DNA of 64,000 nucleotides from a virus (Duplodnaviria; Caudoviricetes): IMG/VR virus record IMGVR_UViG_3300044695_001846, positions 1 to 64,000 of that record; one strand, 5' to 3'. Shown piece by piece: positions 57,393 to 64,000 of this stretch (position 1 is its first letter; each line of letters starts with the position of its first letter). The notes under the pieces were generated by a model. It saw only the letters and a program-made list of their open reading frames with translations, ran no database searches and was not told where the DNA came from. The position numbers and the translations under genes were made by a program.

Positions 57393-60300
57393 ATGACTTA
57401 CGTTCCACTACACGTTCATACCCACTACTCCTTAATGGATGGGGTTGCAACTCCAGAAGAGTATGCAAAACGTGCTTCTGAAATTGGGCTATTAGCAATT
57501 GCGATAACTGACCATGGCGTTCTGTCTGGTCACAGACCTATGTACAGGGCTGCAAAAGCAAATGGCATTAAACCAATTTTGGGTATTGAAGGATATATAA
57601 CTGCAGATAGATTTGATAATAGAGACAAGTCTGAAAGAACAGAACCCCTTGATATGGTTTATAATCATATTGTTCTTCTTGCAAAAAATGACAAGGGCTT
57701 AGAAAATTTAAATAAACTTAATGAACTTGCTTGGACTGAAGGATATTACAGAAAGCCAAGAATTGACTTTGAAATATTGTCAAAGTATAGAGAAGGTGTA
57801 ATAGTTTTATCAGCATGTATGAGTGGACTTCTTGCAAAAGCAATTGAGCATAAAGAATATGCTGCTGCAAAAAAACATATGACTTGGTTTAAAGAAAATT
57901 TTGGAGATGATTTTTATGTAGAAGTCATGCCACACAATCCTGCTGAATTAAATAAAGAACTTTTGGAAATGGCAGATACATATAATGTTAAGCCAGTAGT
58001 AACTCCTGACTGTCACCACTCTGACAAGAGTCAAAAGGTAATTCAGGAAATGATGCTGCTTTTAAATACTCATGCAAAGCTTAATAAGGAATCTACTTTT
58101 GACAAGGCTTCAAAGATTGAAGACCCTATGAAAAGACTTGATTATTTGTATGGCGAAGATAGAATGATGTCTTTTAGAAGTTTTGACATTCACTTGCTTT
58201 CCTATGAAGAAATTAAATCAGCAATGCAACAGCAAGGTATTAAGCGTGAAGACATTTATGAAAATACTGTTGAGATTTCAAACAAGGTAGAAGAGTATAC
58301 TATTAAGAGTAATCTAGACCTTCTTCCAATAAAGGTAGAAAATCCTAATGAAGAACTTCTTGCACTTGCTTCCAGGGGTCTAGTTCTAAAAGGTCTTTCT
58401 GAAAATAAAGAATACCTAGACAGATTAAACCTAGAACTTGAAGTTATTAAAAGCAAAAACTTCTCACCCTATTTTTTGGTTGTTCATAATATGCTTAATT
58501 GGGCAAAAGATCAGGGCATCATGGTTGGTCCAGGTCGTGGTTCAGCAGCAGGTTCTTTAGTTTGTTATGCATTGGGAATTACAGAAATTGATCCAATTGA
58601 ATATGGTCTTTTGTTTTTCCGTTTTATTAATCCAGATAGAGATGATTTCCCAGACATTGATTCTGATATAGCAGATGATAGAAGAGATGAAGTTAAGGCA
58701 TACCTTGAACGTGAGTACAAGAATGTTGCATCTATTGCCACATTCCTTGCATTTAAAGATAAGGGCGTTGTAAGAGATGTTGCCAGAGCATTTAACATTC
58801 CTCTTAATGATGTTAACAAAGTTCTTAAGGGAGTGGATAGCTGGGATGATTTTACAAGATCAACTAATGCTCAATGGTTTAGAATGAAGTATCCTGAAAT
58901 TGTTAAATATGGAGAGCAACTTCGTGGAAGAATCCGTGGAACTGGTATTCATGCTGCAGGTGTAGTTACTGCAAAAGATTCAATTTTTAAATATGCACCA
59001 CTTGAAACACGAATTGCACCAGGAAGCAAGGAAAGAATCCCAGTAGTTGCAGTAGATATGGAAGAGGCTGCAGAGATTGGTCTAATCAAACTTGACGTAC
59101 TTGGTCTAAAAACTCTTACTGTAATTGACCAGACTATTAAAACAATTAAAGAACGCCACGGAACAGAAATAAACCTTAAGCAGATACCTCTAAATGACAA
59201 GAAAGTCTTTGAGATGCTTTCTGAGGGGCGTACAAAGGGTGTTTTTCAGTGTGAAGCAACTCCATATACAAACCTCTTGGTTAAAATGAGAGTTAGTAAC
59301 TTCGATGAACTTGTTGCATCAAATGCCCTTGTTCGTCCAGGTGCTATGAATACGATTGGAAAGTCTTACATTGCTCGTAAACACGGTAGAGAAATGGTTG
59401 AATATATTCACCCGTCTATGAACGACTATCTAAAAGATACCTATGGTTGTGTATTGTATCAGGAGCAAGTTATGCAAGCTTGTGTAGTTCTTGGTGGGAT
59501 GACCATGGTTGAGGCTGATAAGGTTCGTAAGATTATTGGTAAGAAAAAAGATGCTAAAGAATTTGACATCTTTAAAGATAAGTTTGTTAACAATGCAGAA
59601 AAGCATATTGGCATTAGAGCAAAAGATCTTTGGCATGACTTTGAAGCACACGCAGGTTATTCGTTTAACAAGTCTCACGCTGTTGCATACTCAACACTCT
59701 CATATTGGACTGCTTGGTTAAAGTATCATTATCCAATTGAGTTTATGTTTTCTCTTTTAAAGAGTGAAAAAGATAGCGATACTCGTACAGAGTATTTAAT
59801 TGAATCAAAACGTATGGGGCTGTCTTTAAAACTTCCACACATCAATGAGTCTGATGCAGACTTTAAGATTGAGGGTAAGGGGATTAGATTTGGTCTTGCT
59901 GCAATTAAGTGGCTATCAGAAGGAGTTGCTAATAAGATTATTGCTGGCAGACCTTTTGATTCTAAAGAGCAGTTTAAAAACTTTGCAATTAAAAAAGGCA
60001 GTGGAATTAATTCAAGAGCAGTAGAAGCGTTAGATCTTATTGGTGCTTTAACATTTGAAGATAATCCCAGAGATGAAGTAAAGGTTAGAGAAAATCTTTA
60101 TGAATATCTAAATCTTCCAGAATTAAATACAAGTGTTCCTCAACATTACTATGCATACATAGATCTTGTAGAAGACTTTGATGAACAGGGAGTATTTGTC
60201 TTACTTGGCATTGCAAAAAATATTAAGCGTGGAAAGGGGTGGTCAAGAGTAGAAATTATGGACTCAACTGGCGTTATTGGAATCTTTGATGATGAAGAAA

Positions 60301-60662
60301 CTAAGATTGAACCAGGAAGAACTTATTTAATTCTCGCAGGTGCAAATAGAATTTCTGAGGCTATTCCAATTGATGAACTAAAAGAGCATAAAGAAAATCC
60401 ACTTATAAAGTTTTTAAATTATAAGCAGATACCATTTGCAAATGATGAACACTTTGTGCTATCATTTACTCCTAGAGTTACTAAAGCTGGAAAGAGAATG
60501 GCTAATATGATTGTTGCCAATAGTTCAAGAGAAATGACTGCTGCAATGGTGTTCCCAACAATGTTCTCTACTGGATATATGAAGTGCCAGCCTGGAAAAG
60601 TAGCAAAGATTAATTTTGGTGAAACAAAAGAAGGAACTATTACATTGAAGGAAGTATTATAA
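57393..60662 (+). CDS. dnaE: DNA polymerase III alpha subunit (family C)
   Basis: PHP domain HVHTHYSLMDG/TDHG, GRGSAAGS, PDIDSD, HAAG, KLDVLGL, YSFNKSHA. Confidence 0.95.
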   Translation: MTYVPLHVHTHYSLMDGVATPEEYAKRASEIGLLAIAITDHGVLSGHRPMYRAAKANGIKPILGIEGYITADRFDNRDKSERTEPLDMVYNHIVLLAKNDKGLENLNKLNELAWTEGYYRKPRIDFEILSKYREGVIVLSACMSGLLAKAIEHKEYAAAKKHMTWFKENFGDDFYVEVMPHNPAELNKELLEMADTYNVKPVVTPDCHHSDKSQKVIQEMMLLLNTHAKLNKESTFDKASKIEDPMKRLDYLYGEDRMMSFRSFDIHLLSYEEIKSAMQQQGIKREDIYENTVEISNKVEEYTIKSNLDLLPIKVENPNEELLALASRGLVLKGLSENKEYLDRLNLELEVIKSKNFSPYFLVVHNMLNWAKDQGIMVGPGRGSAAGSLVCYALGITEIDPIEYGLLFFRFINPDRDDFPDIDSDIADDRRDEVKAYLEREYKNVASIATFLAFKDKGVVRDVARAFNIPLNDVNKVLKGVDSWDDFTRSTNAQWFRMKYPEIVKYGEQLRGRIRGTGIHAAGVVTAKDSIFKYAPLETRIAPGSKERIPVVAVDMEEAAEIGLIKLDVLGLKTLTVIDQTIKTIKERHGTEINLKQIPLNDKKVFEMLSEGRTKGVFQCEATPYTNLLVKMRVSNFDELVASNALVRPGAMNTIGKSYIARKHGREMVEYIHPSMNDYLKDTYGCVLYQEQVMQACVVLGGMTMVEADKVRKIIGKKKDAKEFDIFKDKFVNNAEKHIGIRAKDLWHDFEAHAGYSFNKSHAVAYSTLSYWTAWLKYHYPIEFMFSLLKSEKDSDTRTEYLIESKRMGLSLKLPHINESDADFKIEGKGIRFGLAAIKWLSEGVANKIIAGRPFDSKEQFKNFAIKKGSGINSRAVEALDLIGALTFEDNPRDEVKVRENLYEYLNLPELNTSVPQHYYAYIDLVEDFDEQGVFVLLGIAKNIKRGKGWSRVEIMDSTGVIGIFDDEETKIEPGRTYLILAGANRISEAIPIDELKEHKENPLIKFLNYKQIPFANDEHFVLSFTPRVTKAGKRMANMIVANSSREMTAAMVFPTMFSTGYMKCQPGKVAKINFGETKEGTITLKEVL

Positions 60663-60989
60663 ATGGCTATTATTATTGATGAATTTGCAGCAGTATTACA
60701 TGCAAATGCAAGAGACAAGGGATTCTGGGATGACAATAACGGAACGATCTTTTATCTAAAGCAACTTGCAATGGTGCACTCAGAGGTCTCTGAGGTGCTT
60801 GAAGCAATACGCAAGGAGAAGGGCGATAATCAGGTGGTAGAAGAACTAGCTGACATTATTATTAGAGTCTTAGATTTATATGCTGGTTTAGTTAGAGATG
60901 GATATACATCATTGTCTCTTGAAGAGTCTTTAAAAAATAAGGCTAAGATAAATACAGAACGTCCAAAGATGCACGGTGTATTAGCATGA
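60663..60989 (+). CDS. MazG-like nucleotide pyrophosphohydrolase
   Basis: HSEVSEVLEA...EELADIIIRVLD. Confidence 0.8.
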   Translation: MAIIIDEFAAVLHANARDKGFWDDNNGTIFYLKQLAMVHSEVSEVLEAIRKEKGDNQVVEELADIIIRVLDLYAGLVRDGYTSLSLEESLKNKAKINTERPKMHGVLA

Positions 60990-61999
60990 GTAAAATAGAT
61001 TTAGATGATTTTTTATCTCAGTTAGATCCAAAGTTGCGTAAGAAGATTACAAGTGGGAATACTATTGAGATAACTAAACAAAAGACACCAAGTATTAGTT
61101 TGAATAATGCTCTCAAAGGTGGGTTTGGATATGGTCGTCAAGTTCTTATCTGGGGAAACAAGTCTGCAGGAAAGTCTTCATTCTGTTTGCAGATGATTGC
61201 AGATGCACAAAAAGATGGAAAGGTCTGTGCTTGGATTGATGCAGAAGCATCTTTTGACCCAGAGTGGGCTAGAAAACTTGGGGTAGATGTAGATCAACTA
61301 ATTTATTCAAATGCTAGAAGTATGAATGAAATGGTAGATGTTGGAGTCCAACTTATGAAAGCTGGAGTAGACGTTCTAATTGTTGACTCTATTTCTGCAC
61401 TTCTTCCTGCTATTTATTTTGAAAAAGATTCAGAAGAGTTAAAGCAACTAGAGAATACTAAACAGATTGGTGCAGAGGCAAGAGATATGACCAATGCAGT
61501 AAAGATGCTTAACTATGCAAACAATAATGACAAGCCAACCTTGCTTGTTTTAATTTCTCAACAAAGAAATAATATTGGTGCAATGTTTGCCTCCCATCAA
61601 CCAACTGGTGGACACGCTGTTAAATTCTTTAGTAGCACAATTGTTAAGTTATGGTCAAGCGAATCTGACAATCAGGCAATTAAGGGTAAGATAGTTTCAG
61701 GAGATAAGATTATTGAGTCTAAGATTGGTCGTGTAGTTAACTGGCACGTTGACTTTAACAAAACTGGTCCAGCATTTGTTGCAGGTTCTTATGACTTTTA
61801 CTTTGATGGAGAAGGATCTATGGGTGTAGATAAGATTGCAGACCTAGTTGATACCGCAGAACTTGTTGGTGCTATCCAAAAGGGTGGAGCCTGGTACACT
61901 ATCGGAGAAGAGCGATTGCAGGGTAGGGCAAAAGTTATTGAGTGGCTAAAAGAAGATCCTAAAAGAGTTTTAGATTTAGAAGCAAAACTAGATGTATAA
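60986..61999 (+). CDS. recA: RecA/UvsX-like recombinase
   Basis: GNKSAGKS Walker A, WIDAE, IVDSISAL, PTGGHAVKF, GGAWY...QG. Confidence 0.9.
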   Translation: MSKIDLDDFLSQLDPKLRKKITSGNTIEITKQKTPSISLNNALKGGFGYGRQVLIWGNKSAGKSSFCLQMIADAQKDGKVCAWIDAEASFDPEWARKLGVDVDQLIYSNARSMNEMVDVGVQLMKAGVDVLIVDSISALLPAIYFEKDSEELKQLENTKQIGAEARDMTNAVKMLNYANNNDKPTLLVLISQQRNNIGAMFASHQPTGGHAVKFFSSTIVKLWSSESDNQAIKGKIVSGDKIIESKIGRVVNWHVDFNKTGPAFVAGSYDFYFDGEGSMGVDKIADLVDTAELVGAIQKGGAWYTIGEERLQGRAKVIEWLKEDPKRVLDLEAKLDV

Positions 62000-62147
62000 A
62001 AACTTTTCTGAGTACAGAGGAAAGTTCTCTTGTCACTCATGCAAGCAATTAGTGTTAATTGCAAGATTTTATAGAGAAGATATGAAGCTAACTTGGCTTT
62101 GTTCAAATAGACATATGTCTGAAGTTATTTTAACAAGGGGGGCATAG
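61992..62147 (+). CDS. 51-aa Zn-ribbon protein (not in ORF track)
   Basis: MYKNFSEYRGKFSCHSCKQ...LTWLCSNRHMSEV; overlaps both neighbours and fills the recA-nuclease gap. Confidence 0.65.
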   Translation: MYKNFSEYRGKFSCHSCKQLVLIARFYREDMKLTWLCSNRHMSEVILTRGA

Positions 62148-62446
62148 TGAGCGAACGTTCAGAACTTAAAAGAGCAGGTCTAAAGGCTCATAAAAATTCT
62201 GGCAGAGGTGCGGTAAAAGCTGATGGTAGTGATGATGAATTTGTTGTTGATGTAAAAGAATACAGTAAATCATTTTCCATTAGCCAGGATAACTGGGCAA
62301 AAATTGTTACAGATACCTTAAAGGTTGATAGATCTAAGAACCCAGCACTAATGCTTGTTATTGGTGAAGGAAATAGAAAAGTCAGACTTGCTGTTATCGA
62401 ATGGGAAGTCTTTGAAGAATTGAGGAATAATGGAAACAACGATTGA
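62147..62446 (+). CDS. PD-(D/E)xK nuclease, Holliday junction resolvase-like
   Basis: E...NSGRG..KADG....VVDVKE motif. Confidence 0.6.
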   Translation: MSERSELKRAGLKAHKNSGRGAVKADGSDDEFVVDVKEYSKSFSISQDNWAKIVTDTLKVDRSKNPALMLVIGEGNRKVRLAVIEWEVFEELRNNGNND

Positions 62447-62747
62447 ACTACTAAATCAAGTAAATGGCTTTAATGAAATATCTGAGCATATGCAGGATGA
62501 TGAACTGACTCAGACCTTAGTGCTAGTTGCTAAGCTAATTTCTAAACCAGATGTTCCTGCAGCAGTTGGGGTTGAACTAATTGTAAAGCTACAAGCATAT
62601 TCTGCTAAATTTGCAATGCTTGCTTCCTGGTATACTAATGTTAAGAAAGATGAAAGAGCAAAAAAGAATATATACTATTCAGCTAAAGAAGCAACGGATA
62701 GACTAGTAGATGCATTAAAATATGCAGTTAGGATTAACAATGGCTAA
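62430..62747 (+). CDS. Hypothetical helical protein
   Basis: 105-aa ORF overlapping both neighbours. Confidence 0.65.
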   Translation: METTIELLNQVNGFNEISEHMQDDELTQTLVLVAKLISKPDVPAAVGVELIVKLQAYSAKFAMLASWYTNVKKDERAKKNIYYSAKEATDRLVDALKYAVRINNG

Positions 62748-63519
62748 AAGCCTTATTAATAAGTTGGTTGAAAAACCAAAAAAGAGTGAAGAGAGTTTAA
62801 TTGATAGTCAGGCAATTGTTGACAAGATTAAAGAGGGATATGCGTTACAAAGAAAAGCATCCTTTAAAAAAAGAGACAGCTTTACACCATCAACGCTAAC
62901 CTATGGTGCAGGGAAGTGTCCTAGATTTTGGTACTTATGGTTTGAAGGAAATGATTCAGACGTAAAGACAGACTGGTACTCAGTTGCAAACATGGATAGT
63001 GGTACTGATCGTCATGGTCGTATTGAAAAGGCTATGGAGTCTGCTGGTATTCTAGTAACCAATGAAGAGCGTTTATCTTATGTAGACCCTCCTATTTCTG
63101 GTAGAACAGATGCAATTATTAAGTGGAACGATATGGATATTCTTACTGAAATTAAGACACTTAATGAAGATTCTTTTCATTATCTAAACGTTAAGGGCGA
63201 AGCAAGAAAGTATCATGTTGAACAGCTTTTAATTTACATGAAGATTCTTAAAAAGAGTTTTGCATTCCTTGTTTATGAGTCAAAGAATAGTCATGAACTT
63301 TCTTTGTTCCCTGTTAAACTAACTGATCACTATAAGAATTTTATTAATTACTTTTTTGATTGGATGAGAGAAGTAAAGAAGGCATCCGATGACGGTCTTC
63401 TTCCTGAAAATCCTTACCGTTCAAACTCCAAAGTTTGCAAGGGTTGTGATTTCGAAACAGTATGTCGTACAAAACCAAAGGGTGATATTAAAATAGCACC
63501 AAGGAAAGATCTTGAGTAA
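62740..63519 (+). CDS. Cas4-like PD-(D/E)xK exonuclease
   Basis: CPR..Y, GTDRH, GRTDAII, EIKT, QLLIY, C-terminal CKGCDFETVC Fe-S-type Cys; ATG 62740 preferred. Confidence 0.8.
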   Translation: MAKSLINKLVEKPKKSEESLIDSQAIVDKIKEGYALQRKASFKKRDSFTPSTLTYGAGKCPRFWYLWFEGNDSDVKTDWYSVANMDSGTDRHGRIEKAMESAGILVTNEERLSYVDPPISGRTDAIIKWNDMDILTEIKTLNEDSFHYLNVKGEARKYHVEQLLIYMKILKKSFAFLVYESKNSHELSLFPVKLTDHYKNFINYFFDWMREVKKASDDGLLPENPYRSNSKVCKGCDFETVCRTKPKGDIKIAPRKDLE

Positions 63520-63805
63520 ATTTTGTAAACTATGCGATAATCATTTTGAAAGCAATAATAAAAATCAAATATATTGCTCACCTGAGTGCAGGGCAACTGC
63601 AACAAAGGAAAAGATTATGCAAAGATACAAGGTTTCAAAAGTTAAATCTCGTGCTACAAAGTCAAGAAAATGTGCTGGTGGATGCGGTATAGAAATTAGT
63701 ATTTATAATGATATTGGTTTTTGTAATAGCTGCATGATGAGCAAAAAAAAGCTTGATCAAACATTGAAAGATATAAAAGGATACTTTGATTATGAGCAAA
63801 CCTAG
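63512..63805 (+). CDS. Cys-rich Zn-binding protein
   Basis: CKLC...QIYCSPEC, CAGGC, CNSC. Confidence 0.65.
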   Translation: MSKFCKLCDNHFESNNKNQIYCSPECRATATKEKIMQRYKVSKVKSRATKSRKCAGGCGIEISIYNDIGFCNSCMMSKKKLDQTLKDIKGYFDYEQT

Positions 63806-64000
63806 TTGGAAAGACATTGGTAAGCCAAAAAGGTTTATGTCAATAGATGCTTCTTCTACATCTGCTGCATTTGCAATATTTGAAAATAATGAGTTGGTTA
63901 AATTTGGTAAAGTTAATTTTACTGGAAACGATCATTATAAAAAAGCTGGAGATGCTTGTAAAAAACTTACTCCACTGTTCAAAGAGTTTAATGTTGAAGC
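63792..64000 (+). CDS. RuvC-like resolvase, truncated by the window end
   Basis: MSKPSWKDIGKPKRFMSIDASSTSAAFAIF: RNase H-fold first strand with catalytic Asp. Confidence 0.6.
   Translation, partial: MSKPSWKDIGKPKRFMSIDASSTSAAFAIFENNELVKFGKVNFTGNDHYKKAGDACKKLTPLFKEFNVE

Noticed and set aside
57393-60662. Intein or intron in dnaE (also checked nrdJ, dnaB and recA)
   Set aside because: Lengths and motif spacing look normal; no intein N- or C-terminal signatures or LAGLIDADG motifs seen
7754-62439. Many minus-strand and alternative-frame ORFs in the track (e.g. 7754-8086, 10271-10510, 23758-24081, 50195-50512, 56183-56764)
   Set aside because: They overlap well-supported + strand genes and lack RBS or motifs; they are shadow ORFs, and 50195-50512 is just the antisense of the GCA repeat
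62740-63519. Cas4-like gene as evidence of a CRISPR-Cas system
   Set aside because: No repeat-spacer array or other cas genes seen; stand-alone Cas4-like nucleases are common in phage replication modules
209-64000. Alternative genetic code or stop-codon readthrough
   Set aside because: The standard code gives long, densely packed, intact ORFs ending in TAA, TAG and TGA

Overview
This window is about 64 kb of an AT-rich, large tailed dsDNA phage genome with siphovirus-like architecture. Almost all genes are on the + strand. The likely host is an actinobacterium, probably freshwater; this is inferred from an actinobacteria-type Zn-binding ORF, a DUF2746-like membrane protein, and many extended -10 promoters, several apparently leaderless. 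Layout: (1) 0.2-9.7 kb, tail-fibre/adhesin genes rich in TYLTQASAS repeats; (2) 9.7-17.7 kb, an accessory operon led by a protein with a mirror-symmetric 22-Cys insert, followed by three dUTPase-fold-like CVP-motif paralogues, small paralogous and Cys-rich ORFs, glycosyltransferases, a UDP-sugar dehydratase, an atypical methyltransferase and a HAD phosphatase; (3) 17.7-23 kb, a second fibre module, a holin-like gene, a GT-B glycosyltransferase and a degenerate amidase; (4) a class II ribonucleotide reductase; (5) 25-53 kb, head, neck and tail genes, including a -1 frameshifted tail chaperone and a 2523-aa tape measure protein carrying repeat-delimited cargo, one segment ADP-ribosyltransferase-like; (6) 53-64 kb, replication and recombination genes (DnaB, primase, SSB, DnaE, MazG-like, RecA, Cas4-like and RuvC-like). 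I saw no terminase, integrase, tRNA or CRISPR array. All assignments come from visual motif recognition, not database searches.
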